Part shown: piece by piece, positions 35,277-48,700 of the stretch
Position numbering within the stretch: position 1 is the stretch's first letter
How the letters are laid out: every line of letters begins with the position of its first letter
From: Schizochytrium sp. TIO01
Lineage: Eukaryota > Protista > Bigyra: Labyrinthulomycetes
Direction of reading: 5' to 3'
Assembly (NCBI GenBank): GCA_004764695.1
Contig: SMSO01000031.1
Coordinates: forward strand, 5,686,761-5,750,760
Length of the DNA stretch: 64,000 bases
Made by a program: the position numbers and the translations under genes
The notes under the pieces: generated by a model
Databases searched by the model: none
What the model saw: only the letters and a program-made list of their open reading frames with translations
What the model was told of the DNA's origin: nothing

Positions 35277-36065
35277 ATGGAGGTCATCCCTGTTCCCGTG
35301 TTGCAGGATAACTACGCCTATCTGTTGGTAGACTCTGGCAGCGAGACCTGCGCTGTGGTAGATCCTGTTGAGCCTGCAAAAGTGATTGCAGCTGCCGAGG
35401 AGCGCGGCGTTAAAATCACTCATGTTCTCACCACACACTCGCACTGGGACCACTCTGCTGGCAACGAGGAAATTGTCAAGCTTCTTGACAAACCTGACGA
35501 AAAACTCGTTGTAGTTGGTGGCAAGAATGATGGCATCCCGGCCTGCTCGCAGCCGGTCGCACAAGGAGATGTCATTTCGATTGGAGCCACCTCTGTAGAT
35601 GTGTTAGACGTCCCGTGTCACACGCCAGGACATGTCGCATTTCTGGCTAAATGCGGCGGCGAGACCCCTGCGGTGTTTACCGGAGACACCCTCTTTATTG
35701 GCGGTTGCGGTAATTTCAACTCTGGCACTCCGGAGCAGATGCACCACGCTCTTATCAACGTTCTCGGCAAACTGGACGATAACACTCGCATCTTTGTGGG
35801 TCATAACTACACTGACAAGAACCTGCGCTGGGCTCTTCACGTGGAACCGGAAAACCCTGCTGTGAAAGCTAAGCTTGAAGAGACTCGCAAAGCCAATGCT
35901 GAAAACACCTTCATTTCCAGCACAATTGGACAAGAAAAACAGTTTAATCCGTTTATGCGTTGTGTCGTGCCTGAGATCCAGGAAGCATTTCAAACTCCAG
36001 GTGATGAGGTCGCCACTTTGCTTCGTATCCGCCGTGGCAAGGATGAGTGGGGACGTAGCAACTAA
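35277..36065 (+). CDS. GLO2: Hydroxyacylglutathione hydrolase (glyoxalase II), metallo-beta-lactamase fold, 262 aa
   Basis: MEVIPVPVLQDNYAYLL, VVDPVEP, THSHWDH metal motif, PCHTPGH, VFTGDTLFIGGCG, GHNYT..NL.WA..VEPEN, STIGQEKQFNPFMR. First ATG is at 35277. Confidence 0.95.
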   Translation: MEVIPVPVLQDNYAYLLVDSGSETCAVVDPVEPAKVIAAAEERGVKITHVLTTHSHWDHSAGNEEIVKLLDKPDEKLVVVGGKNDGIPACSQPVAQGDVISIGATSVDVLDVPCHTPGHVAFLAKCGGETPAVFTGDTLFIGGCGNFNSGTPEQMHHALINVLGKLDDNTRIFVGHNYTDKNLRWALHVEPENPAVKAKLEETRKANAENTFISSTIGQEKQFNPFMRCVVPEIQEAFQTPGDEVATLLRIRRGKDEWGRSN

Positions 36066-36490
36066 GTTATGCTTTGAAGATACCAAAACAGATGCGGTGG
36101 TCACAAGGTATTCAGTTTTCATCTCCTAGTGGCCTTGTATATGCTTGTGTATCCATACTTTCTTTGGAATAAAGCCGTCATAGCGAAACCTATAATTTTG
36201 ACAATTCTTTGACTTTCTCTTTGCAAGCAAGTGTCAAATCCATCTATTCAAAAAAAACAAATATTGTGTCTCGTCAAAATCTTTTATCTTCTATCTATGA
36301 CCTCGTCGTTCTATTTTACAATTCCCCTTTCTTTATGAGGGATATAAGACTAAGCGAGGAAATAAAGTGACTCTAACGATTTCTGGGGTCCCTATTGATT
36401 CCTTGCCTATGTAACGTTTGAGTAGAACATCAAACTAATGCAAAGCTTGGGGCTTTGTATGATGAAAACACAAAGGCATGTTGAAGAAAA

Positions 36491-36735
36491 TTAGCTTGCA
36501 ATAAGACCATGTGTTCGCAACTTCACCAAGAGATCATTGAGTGTCGTTCTCAGCTCATTATTAAAATCGCGCAGCTTTTCACATTCGTCGCGCAAAGCCA
36601 TCACCTCAGATTGCGATGGAGTAGCTGAAAAGCTCAGCGAACCAATGGTACCATCGCCAGGATCATACGTAGTCCCCACACTAGTCACAGCAGCCTGCTG
36701 AGCGCCAAGCACCTGGGTACTGCCTACACTTAAGG
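36491..36735 (-). other. C-terminal non-repetitive cap: short beta segment + loop + coiled coil ending LRTHGLIAS
   Basis: LSVGSTQVLGAQQAAVTSVGTTYDPGDGTIGSLSFSATPSQSEVMALRDECEKLRDFNNELRTTLNDLLVKLRTHGLIAS. It has a heptad hydrophobic pattern and resembles the P22 gp26 C-terminus as recalled from memory. Confidence 0.7.
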
Positions 36736-39700
36736 TTGATACCCCACTCACAACGCCTCCGTTCATGGTAACTCCTTCTGCAATTAAATCGCCCCCACTA
36801 CTAATGGTAAGAGCTGTAGCCCCAGAATGAACAATACTTGCGGAAGCACTTGATAAAGTTAGATCACTACTCATCGACAATGTCGTGATACCAGACACTG
36901 CCGCAGAGTTCATAGTGACACCTTCCGCTATAAGATCACCCACGCTACTAATTGTCAAAGAGGAACTGCCTGTATGAGTGATAGCCGCAGCAGTTTTTGT
37001 GAGACTCAAGTCATCGCTCATGACCAATGTTGTGACACCAGAGACCGTGTTGTCGCTCAATGTGACACCATCCACTACAACGCCTCCCCCCGACGTAATA
37101 CTAAGAACAGATGTGTCCGCATGCGTAATGCTTTGACCTCCAATTTTACTAAGGACGATGTTACCACCTGTGTTCTCCAAATTACTGCTCATTGATAAAC
37201 TTGTAATCGAGGAAACTGCACCTGCATTTATTGTTACACCTTCGGCAATCAGGTTTCCGCCACTACTAATCGTCAGGGAGGTAGAACCTGAGTGCACGAT
37301 TGATGACGCCGCACTACTCATTGTCAACTCAGTACTCATGCCAAGAGTTGTGATTCCTGATACTGCACCTGCATTCATTGTTACACCTTCTGCAATCAGG
37401 TTTCCGCCGCTTGAAATAGTCAACGACGTAGCACCAGAGTGTACAATTGATGCTGCGGCGCTAGTAAGTGTAAGATCGTTGCCCATGGCAAGAGAAGAGA
37501 TACCACTCAGTGCACCTGTGTTGATGGTGACTCCTTCCACAACTACATTTCCTCCACTACTAATCGTTAGAGAGGTGGCCCCAGAATGTATAATTGAAGC
37601 AGCCGCACTGCTCATTGTCAAGTCACTTGTCATAGATAATGTCGAAATTCCAGACACAGCACCACTATTCATTGTTACACTTTCTGCAACAAGATTTCCT
37701 CCGCTGCTTATCGTCAGAGATGTTGCGCCTGAGTGCGTAATTGCAGCTGCAGCACTACTTAAAGTTACATCACCCACCAGGCCAAGAGCAGATATTCCAG
37801 ACATGGCGCCAGAGTTCATGGTAACTCCTTCGGCAATCAGATTTCCGCCACTACTAATCGTCAGGGAGGTAGAACCTGAATGCACGATTGAAGATGCCGC
37901 ACTACTCATTGTCAACTCAGTACTCATGCCAAGAGTTGTGATTCCTGATACTGCACCTGTATTTATTGTTATACCTTCTGCAATCAGGTTTCCGCTGCTT
38001 GAAATAGTTAACGACGTAGCACCAGAGTGTACAATTGATGCTGCAGCTTTGCTTAGACTAATGTCGTCTGTCATAGAAAAGGTACTGACACCAGACAGGG
38101 CATGATCGTTCATTGTAATACCATCTACGACAACGCCGCCACCAGATGTAATGCTCAGCACTGAAGAGTCTGAATGCACAATGTTCTGTGCGCCCACTTT
38201 ACTAAGCAATATATCACCACCGGAATTAACCAAATTGTTGGTCATCTGAATTGTTGTCACAGCAGATAAAGATGCACTGTTCATTGTGACCCCCTCCACG
38301 ACTACGTTGCCGCCAGAAAGTATCGACAAATCATTGCCTGATCCTCCAGTATGTTGTATTATTTGCGACCCAGTAGAGCTCATGAGTAGATGCCCTGCAC
38401 TAATCTGAATGTCTCCAGCCGTTGCTATTAAGTCATCTTGCAATGTCAGGGTAGAAACTCCAGATAGTGCACCGCTATTAATTGTTACGCCTTCAGCAAC
38501 CAAGTTGCCCGATGAACTAATTGTGAGTGAAGTAGCTCCAGAATGGGTAATACTTGCAGTGGCTTTAGTAAGTGTTAAGTCATCGCTAAGGGCCATAGTC
38601 GTAATACCTGCAACAGCTCCATTGTTCATAGTGACGCCTTCAGCAATTAAATTGCCTCCCGATGTAATTGTTAACGATGTTGCTCCAGCATGTGAAATTG
38701 TTGCAGCTGCCTTGCTCATAGTGAGATCTCCAGACATTGCAATGGTGCTTATAGAGGATAGGGAGCCTCCATCCATAGTAATCCCTTCAACGACAACGCC
38801 TCCACCCGAAGTTATACGTAGCTCTGATGTATCAGCGTGAGTGATAGATTGTACCGCTGAGCCAGACATTACAATATTTCCTCCAGAGTTGATATAGTTA
38901 CCAGACTGTGTCAATGTAGAAATACCAGAAACTACTCCCGCATTCATTGTTACACCTTCTGAAACCAAATCCCCTGCGCTACTAATAGTCAAAGAGGTTG
39001 TTCCTGAGTGCAAAATGCTCGCTGCACTCTTGCTCAGCATAAGATCATCAGTTATAGATAATGTTGAAACACCACTAACCATACCTGCATTCATTGTAAC
39101 ACCATCTACGATTACACTTGCAGAGCTTGTAATGCTAAGAGATGTTGCTCCAATATGGGAAATTGTTGCTGCACTTTTACTCATAGTAATATCATCCGTT
39201 AAACTGAGTGTGCTAGCTCCGGATATAGCAGCGTTATTCATCGTTACTCCGTCTATTTCAACCGCCCCTCCAGAAGAAATACTTAGCAGAGATGAATCCG
39301 CATGTGTAATACTTTGTGACCCTGATTTACCAAAAACAATATTGCCACCTGTAAGGGACAAATGGCTTGACATGTCAATTGTGCTTACGGATGATAGTGC
39401 GCCACTCTTTAAAGTGACACTTTGGACAACAACATTTCCTCCAGACGAAATCGTAAGGTCCCCCGTAGAGCTTCCCGTATGAGCAATTGACTGGGCTGAT
39501 GTTGACTGCAGTTGGATATTCCCTGCAGTAAGTTTTAGATTGCCAGAAGATGACGTCAAATCTCCAGAACTTGCTAGTGATGATATACCAGAAACAAGTC
39601 CAGTGTTTATTGTCACGCCCTCGACGACAAGATTGCCTCCGCTACTGATCGTCAGAGATGTTAGCCCAGAATGTACGATCGAAGCGGCGGCTTTACTCAG

Positions 39701-42700
39701 TGTCAAGTCGTCCGTCATAGCTAGTGATGATACACCTGACATTGCGCCCGTGTTCATCGTCACGCCCTCTGCAACCAGATTCCCACCGCTTGAGATTGAT
39801 AAGGATGTAGCTCCAGAGTGTACAATCGAGGCAGTCGCTGCGCTCATTGTCAGATCACTACTCATCCCAAGTGATGTCACAGCCGAAATCGCTCCGTTGT
39901 TCACCGTGACACCGTCCACAACTACGCAGCCCCCACTGCTGATTGTTAGCTCAGAGCTATCACTGTGCGAGATACTTTGAGCGCCAGCCTTTGACAGTAT
40001 CAGATTGCCTCCGGAGTTAGTTAGGTCACCAGAGATTCCTAGCGTTGAGACGCCGGTCACAGCGCCGGAATTTACTGTGACACTTTCAGCAATGAGATTC
40101 CCCCCACTGGTGATTGTCAAAGAAGTTGCCCCAGAATGAGAGATTACAGCTGCACTTTTGCTTAACGTGAGGTCGCCACTCATGGAGAGTGTGGATACTC
40201 CGGATACAGCACCGGTGTTAAGAGTGACCCCTTCGGCGATCAGGTCGCCCCCGCTGCTAATCGTAAGAGACGTTGCACCAGAATGACTGATGGATGCTGA
40301 AGCACCCGAGAGACTGAGGCTATTTGATAAACTCATCGATGTTGCGCCAGACATGATACCATTGAGTACAGTGACATCCTCCACGACAACACCTCCACCA
40401 CTGCTTATAATAAGCTCTGAAGTATCAGCATGAACTATACTCTGAGTACCTGTCTTACTAAGCAAAATGTTGCCCCCTGAAGTTGTTAGACTGCCGCTCA
40501 AACCCAGAGATGTTACACCAGATATAGCACCTGTAGTTACGGTCACGCCATCAAGAATAACATTGCCGCCACTAGTTATAATCAAATCTGCTGCAGCACC
40601 TCCCGAGTGGGTAATGTACTGTGAACCGCTAGATTGCATTAAAATATCTCCAACCAAAACCTTAACATCGCCACCTGAAAGTGTGATATCTCCGCTTGCG
40701 CCAATCGATGTTATTCCAGAAACTGCGCCTGCATTCATAGTCACACCTTCCGCAATAAGACTACCTCCACTACTGATCGTCAGAGATGTTAGCCCAGAAT
40801 GTACGATCGAAGCGGCGGCTTTACTCAGTGTCAAGTCGTCCGTCATAGCTAGTGATGATACACCTGACATTGCGCCCGTGTTCATCGTCACGCCCTCTGC
40901 AACCAGATTCCCACCGCTTGAGATTGATAAGGATGTAGCTCCAGAGTGTACAATCGAGGCAGTCGCTGCGCTCATCGTCAGATCACTACTCATCCCAAGT
41001 GATGTCACAGCCGAAATCGCTCCGTTGTTCACCGTGACACCGTCCACAACTACGCAGCCCCCACTGCTGATTGTTAGCTCAGAGCTATCACTGTGCGAGA
41101 TACTTTGAGCACCAGCCTTTGACAGTATCAGATTGCCTCCGGAGTTAGTTAGGTCACCAGAGATTCCTAGCGTTGAGACGCCAGTCACAGCGCCGGCATT
41201 TACTGTTACACTTTCAGCAATGAGATTCCCCCCACTGGTGATTGTCAAAGAAGTTGCCCCAGAATGAGAGATTACAGCTGCACTTTTGCTTAACGTGAGG
41301 TCGCCACTCATGGAGAGTGTGGATACTCCGGATACAGCACCGGTGTTAAGAGTGACCCCTTCGGCGATCAGGTCGCCCCCGCTGCTAATCGTAAGAGACG
41401 TTGCACCAGAATGACTGATGGATGCTGAAGCACCCGAGAGACTGAGGCTATTTGATAAACTCATCGATGTTGCGCCAGACATGATACCATTGAGTACAGT
41501 GACATCCTCCACGACAACACCTCCACCACTGCTTATAATAAGCTCTGAAGTATCAGCATGAACTATACTCTGAGTACCTGTCTTACTAAGCAAAATGTTG
41601 CCCCCTGAAGTTGTTAGACTGCCGCTCAAACCCAGAGATGTTACACCAGATATAGCACCTGTAGTTACGGTTACGCCATCAAGAATAACATTGCCGCCAC
41701 TGGTTATAATCAAATCTGCCGCAGTACCTCCCGAGTGGGTAATGTACTGCGAACCGCTAGATTGCATTAAAATATCTCCAACCAAAACCTTAACATCGCC
41801 ACCTGAAAGTGTGATATCTCCGCTTGCGCCAATCGATGTTATTCCAGAAACTGCGCCTGCATTCATAGTCACACCTTCCGCAATAAGACTACCTCCACTA
41901 CTGATCGTCAGAGATGTTAGCCCAGAATGCACGATCGAAGCGGCGGCTTTACTCAGTGTCAAGTCGTCCGTCATAGCTAGTGATGATACACCTGACATTG
42001 CGCCCGTGTTCATCGTCACGCCCTCTGCAACCAGATTCCCACCGCTTGAGATTGATAAGGATGTAGCTCCAGAGTGTACAATCGAGGCAGTCGCTGCGCT
42101 CATTGTCAGATCACTACTCATCCCAAGTGATGTCACAGCCGAAATCGCTCCGTTGTTCACCGTGACACCGTCCACAACTACGCAGCCCCCACTGCTGATT
42201 GTTAGCTCAGAGCTATCACTGTGCGAGATACTTTGAGCGCCAGCCTTTGACAGTATCAGATTGCCTCCGGAGTTAGTTAGGTCACCAGAGATTCCTAGCG
42301 TTGAGACGCCGGTCACAGCGCCGGCATTTACTGTTACACCTTCAGCAATGAGATTCCCCCCACTGGTGATTGTTAAAGAAGTTGCCCCAGAATGAGAGAT
42401 TACAGCTGCACTTTTGCTTAACGTGAGGTCGCCACTCATGGAGAGTGTGGATACTCCGGATACAGCACCGGTGTTAAGAGTGACCCCTTCGGCGATCAGG
42501 TCGCCCCCGCTGTTAATCGTAAGAGAAGTGGTTCCTATGTGCGAAATAAGTGCAGAAGTCTGTGTGAAGGTGAGAGTACCTGATGTAGTGGCTGAAGTAA
42601 TGCCAGAAAGAGCCCCATCATCGACTGTAATCCGTCGATAAGAACCCCACCGCCCGAAGTTATGCTTAACGTGGAGCTATCCGCATGAGTAATGCTTTGC

Positions 42701-45700
42701 GCACCAATTTTACTGAGTATAATGTTACCTCCAGAATTAGTAAAACCTCCTGACATTTGCAATGAAGTAATACCTGAGATTGCTCCTCCTGAGCCCACGG
42801 TAACACTCTGTACTACCACGTTTCCACCGGAAGAGATCATCAAGTCTTTATCAACAGCCCCTGTATGTGTGATGTATTGAGCTTGAGTTGATTGTAGTAG
42901 AATATCGCCCGCTCCCAATAATAGGTCACCACCTGTCGATTGAATCTGGCCGCTCATAGTCAAGGTGCTAACTCCTGACATAGCTCCACTGTTCATCGTT
43001 ATACCCTCCGCAATAAGTATTCCACCACTAGAAATCGTTAACGAGGTCAAACCTGAATGCGTGATCGCTGCAGCAGCTTTACTTAGTGTCACATCATCTG
43101 TCATGGACAGTGTACTCACTGCTGAAACGGCGCCATTATTGATGGTAATACCATCAGCAATAAGGTTCCCCCCACTGCTGATGGTCAATGATGTTGTGCC
43201 AGAGTGACTGATGGATGCTGTAGCCGCGCTCAACGTCAGGTCTCCAGACATCCCAAGGCTAGTAACAGATGATAAAGCGCCATTTGCCACAGTCATACCG
43301 TCAACAATCACGCAGCCTCCGCTACTGATAACAAGGTCAGAAGCGTCTGCATGAGTGATTGCTTGAGCCCCAGCTTTGGATAGAATGATGTTACCAGCTG
43401 AGTTGGTAAAGTCACCAGAAGTTGCTAAGCTGGACACGCCAGAGACTGCACCATTATTGACTGTAACGCCTTCCATGATCAGGTTTCCAGCACTGCTGAT
43501 TGTGAGCGATGTAGCTCCAGAATGTACAATTGATGCGGATGCTTTGGTCATACTTAGGTCGTCAGTCATCTGGAGAGACGTAACTGCAGAGACCGCTCCT
43601 GAATTAAACGTTACTGCTTCTATAATGATATTTCCGCCACTGATTAACGATAGAGATGTGGTGCCAGAGTGTACTATTGTTGCTATTGCCTGTGTCATTG
43701 TAAGACTGTCAGTCATTGATATGGTGGAAGCTCCAGATATAGCAGCATCATTGAGTGTAACTCCATCAACAATCACGCCACCACCTGATGAAATACTAAG
43801 CACTGAATTATCTGCATGACTTATACTCTGCGCGCCTGCTTTGCTGAGGATAATATTACCTCCCGAATTAGTAAAGTCGCCACTCATTTGCAAAGATGCT
43901 ATTGACGAAAGACCTCCAGAAGAACCAATCTTGACACCCTGGATTGCAACGTTTCCGCCAGAAGAAATTGTTAACCCAGCTCCAGATGCACCGGTATGAC
44001 TGATAAGTTGCTCTTGAGATGATTGTAGTAGAATATCGCCCGCTCCCAATAATAGGTCACCACCTGTCGATTGAATCTGGCCGCTCATAGTCAAGGTACT
44101 AACTCCTGACATAGCTCCACTGTTCATCGTTATACCCTCCGCAATAAGTATTCCACCACTAGAAATCGTTAACGAGGTCAAACCTGAATGCGTGATCGCT
44201 GCAGCAGCTTTACTTAGTGTCACATCATCTGTCATGGACAGTGTACTCACTGCTGAAACGGCGCCATTATTGATGGTAATACCATCAGCAATAAGGTTCC
44301 CCCCACTGCTGATGGTCAATGATGTTGTGCCAGAGTGACTGATGGATGCTGTAGCCGCGCTCAACGTCAGGTCTCCAGACATCCCAAGGCTAGTAACAGA
44401 TGATAAAGCGCCATTTGCCACAGTCATACCGTCAACAATCACGCAGCCTCCGCTACTGATAACAAGGTCAGAAGCGTCTGCATGAGTGATTGCTTGAGCC
44501 CCAGCTTTGGATAGAATGATGTTACCAGCTGAGTTGGTAAAGTCACCAGAAGTTGCTAAGCTGGACACGCCAGAGACTGCACCATTATTGACTGTAACGC
44601 CTTCCATGATCAGGTTTCCAGCACTGCTGATTGTGAGCGATGTAGCTCCAGAATGTACAATTGATGCGGATGCTTTGGTCATACTTAGGTCGTCAGTCAT
44701 CTGGAGAGACGTAACTGCAGAGACCGCTCCTGAATTAAACGTTACTGCTTCTATAATGATATTTCCGCCACTGATTAACGATAGAGATGTGGTGCCAGAG
44801 TGTACTATTGTTGCTATTGCCTGTGTCATTGTAAGACTGTCAGTCATTGATATGGTGGAAGCTCCAGATATAGCAGCATCATTGAGTGTAACTCCATCAA
44901 CAATCACGCCACCACCTGATGAAATACTAAGCACTGAATTATCTGCATGACTTATACTCTGCGCGCCTGCTTTGCTGAGGATAATATTACCTCCCGAATT
45001 AGTAAAGTCGCCACTCATTTGCAAAGATGCTATTGACGAAAGACCTCCAGAAGAACCAATCTTGACACCCTGGATTGCAACGTTTCCGCCAGAAGAAATT
45101 GTTAACCCAGCTCCAGATGCACCGGTATGACTGATAAGTTGCTCTTGAGATGATTGTAGTAGAATATCGCCCGCTCCCAATAATAGGTCACCACCTGTCG
45201 ATTGAATCTGGCCGCTCATAGTCAAGGTACTAACTCCTGACATAGCTCCACTGTTCATCGTTATACCCTCCGCAATAAGTATTCCACCACTAGAAATCGT
45301 TAACGAGGTCAAACCTGAATGCGTGATCGCTGCAGCAGCTTTACTTAGTGTCACATCATCTGTCATGGACAGTGTACTCACTGCTGAAACGGCGCCATTA
45401 TTGATGGTAATACCATCAGCAATAAGGTTCCCCCCACTGCTGATGGTCAATGATGTTGTGCCAGAGTGACTGATGGATGCTGTAGCCGCGCTCAACGTCA
45501 GGTCTCCAGACATCCCAAGGCTAGTAACAGATGATAAAGCGCCATTTGCCACAGTCATACCGTCAACAATCACGCAGCCTCCGCTACTGATAACAAGGTC
45601 AGAAGCGTCTGCATGAGTGATTGCTTGAGCCCCAGCTTTGGATAGAATGATGTTACCAGCTGAGTTGGTAAAGTCACCAGAAGTTGCTAAGCTGGACACG

Positions 45701-48700
45701 CCAGAGACTGCACCATTATTGACTGTAACGCCTTCCATGATCAGGTTTCCAGCACTGCTGATTGTGAGCGATGTAGCTCCAGAATGTACAATTGAGGCAG
45801 CTGCACTGCTTAAAGTAGCATCTCCTGCCATATCGAGGGCAGATACACCAGAGATGTGACCACTCGCAACTGTGATCGACTCTATGTGTACATTACCAGC
45901 TGTAGATGTTATGAGAAAATCTTGTCCTGAGCCTCCAGTATGCTCTATAGATTGAGCGCTAGTAGAAGTGAGCATAATGTTCCCGGCAGAGTTAGTGAAC
46001 TGGCCAGACATAGTGAGCGAGGAAACAGAGGACACTGTGTTGCCAGAAAAGGTTACACTTTCAACTGCCACTGATCCTGCTGATGAAATTGAAAGGCCAC
46101 TTGCACCAGTGTGCAAAATATTGGCGGACGCAGCTGACATCGTCAAGTCGCTATTCATATTTGCAGAGACAACTCCAGAAAGTGAGCCTTCAGAGATAGT
46201 TAATCCATCAACTATGACATTACCTCCTGAGGAGATTGTAAGATGTGAAGATGCCCCCCCGGTGTGTGTGATACGTTGAGATGATGTTGATGAAAGTAGC
46301 AAGCTACCAGACGACAACGAGAGGTCCTCCGTCATTGATAAGGTAGTAACTCCTGCAACAGCCCCACTACTGATCGTAACACTCTCGATTGCTACTGATC
46401 CTGAAGAAGAAATACTAAGAGAATTGGTGCCAGAGTGGGTAATGGTTGCTGATGCTGCTGTCAGTGTAAGAGAACCAGACATTGACAACGAGGAGACAGA
46501 GGACAGCGCACCATCATTGATAGTGACCCCATCAATGACCACATTGCCTCCTGAAGAGATACTAAGATCCTTTCCAGTTCCTCCTGTATGTGTAATCGAT
46601 TTGCTTGCAGTGGAGGTCAAACTCAGGCCTCCGCCAGATGACACAATATCTCCTGACATTGATACCGACCCCACAGATGACATATCGCCACCGGAGAAGA
46701 CAACATTTTCAACACTAACAGTACCTAACGAGCTGATTGCCAAGGAAGTAGCACCAAGATGTTGAAATGTAGCTACCGCCTGTGTCATTGTTATACCCCC
46801 GTTCATAGAAATAGATTTAACTGAGGATAAGTCACCAGCCGAGACAGTTAGGCCGTCTACAACAATATTCCCACCAGATGAAAGAATGAGATCTTCTCCT
46901 GAACCACCAGTATGCGCAATACGTTGACTTGATGTGCTTGACAAAATAATATCGCCTTCTGCATTGTCGAAGTCTCCAGTCATAGTGAAGGAATCAACGC
47001 TAGATATGTCTGCTCCAAGAAATGTGACAGACTCTAGCTGAACATAACCGGATGACGCGATAATAAGAGCAGTTGTCCCAGAATGGGAAATTCGTGAAGT
47101 AGCTTTTGTCATGGTTAGGTCGTCGCTCATGCCGAGCGAGGAAACTGCTGAAACAGCTGAATCACTAATGGAAACTCCGTCAACAACAATACCACCACCA
47201 GATGAGAGTGTTAACAGTGAGGAGTGTGCATGATTTATCACTTGTGCTCCTGATTTGGATAGAAGTATATTTCCACCACTATTTGTGATATCGCCAGTCA
47301 TGGCAATGGCGGAAACTCCGGAAATGCTTCCTGTATTCATAGTAATACTTTCTATTATAACATCTCCACCGCTACTTAGTGTCAAAGACCCGGATCCAGT
47401 ATGCTGAATTATTGAGGCAGCCTTTGACATTGTAAGGTCTCCTGTCATGGCAAGAGATGTAACACCGGAAACCCCGCCCTCGTTCAATGTTACCGCTTCT
47501 AAGATAAGGTTTCCTGAAGAAGATATAGAAAGGGATGTTGCACCGGTGTGTGAAATCACTGCATTTGCCTTGGTCATTGTCAAAGCATCGGACATAGAAA
47601 ATGTGCTGACACCACTCATGGCCCCTTCATTAATCGTCACTCCTTCTGCGATGAGGTCGCCTCCCGAAGAAAGAATCAGGTTTGATACATCAGCATGAGA
47701 TATCGTTTGTGCGCCTACCTTTGATAAAATAATGTTTCCTCCTGAATTGACAAGATTGGCGCTCATTGAGACCGATGCCACTGCTGAAATATCCGAATTC
47801 TGAAATGTTACCTGTTCAACTACAACATTTCCAGCAGATAAAATGTTGAGCTCACTGGCACCTAAGTGCTGAATGTAAGTATGGGTGCTGGTTAAAGAGA
47901 TATTCCCTGACATTGCAACCCCTGTGGCGCCAGATATAACATGTTCATTGAATGTTACGCCCTCTACCACAACTCCGCCTCCAGACTCAATGACTAGCTC
48001 AGACGCATGAGGGTGGGATATGGTCTGTCCACTCGCACTTGTTAAGAGGAATGCCTGTCCGGAGTGCGTCAAGTTTCCTGTCATAGCTAGAGAAGAAATT
48101 GCAGAAACAGAACCTGCGTTGAAGGTGACCCCCTCCACTGTAACTAGACCTGATGTAGAAGCTATGGTTAGTGCAGTCGCGCCCGTATGAAGAACAGAGG
48201 CTTCTGCCCCACTAAGAGTTAAGGTTCCCGAAGAAGTTAAGTCTACGAGCCCTGTTATAACACCTGAAGAAACCGAAATGCCCTCTACTATTACACTTCC
48301 GGTTGTACTAGTGATCGATAAGGCTACGGCTCCGGCGTGAACAATTGAAGCAGAGTCAGAAAGTAGAGTCAAGGCATTGGACATACTCATCGTGCTCACG
48401 CCAGTGACAGCCCCATCACTGATTGAAACACCATCAAGATTCAAGCCACCCCCGGATGATATAGAGAGAGTAGAGGCATCACTGTGCAGTATACTTTGAG
48501 CGCCAGCTTTGGAGAAAACCAAGTTTCCTGAGGTACTTTCTAAGTTTCCGCTTGCAGAAAGTGTAGAAACTCCCTGAACACTGCCATCATTTACCGTTAT
48601 CCCGTCGAGAATTAAGTTTCCATTTGATGCAATACTTAGTGAATCTCCTCCCTGGTGGACAATCGTTGCTGACGCATCCGTCAAGGTCAATGATGAAGCA

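Noticed and set aside
39642-45795. CRISPR array or transposon LTRs
   Set aside because: The repeats are kilobase-scale, in-frame coding duplications with no spacers, terminal motifs or transposase/RT genes.
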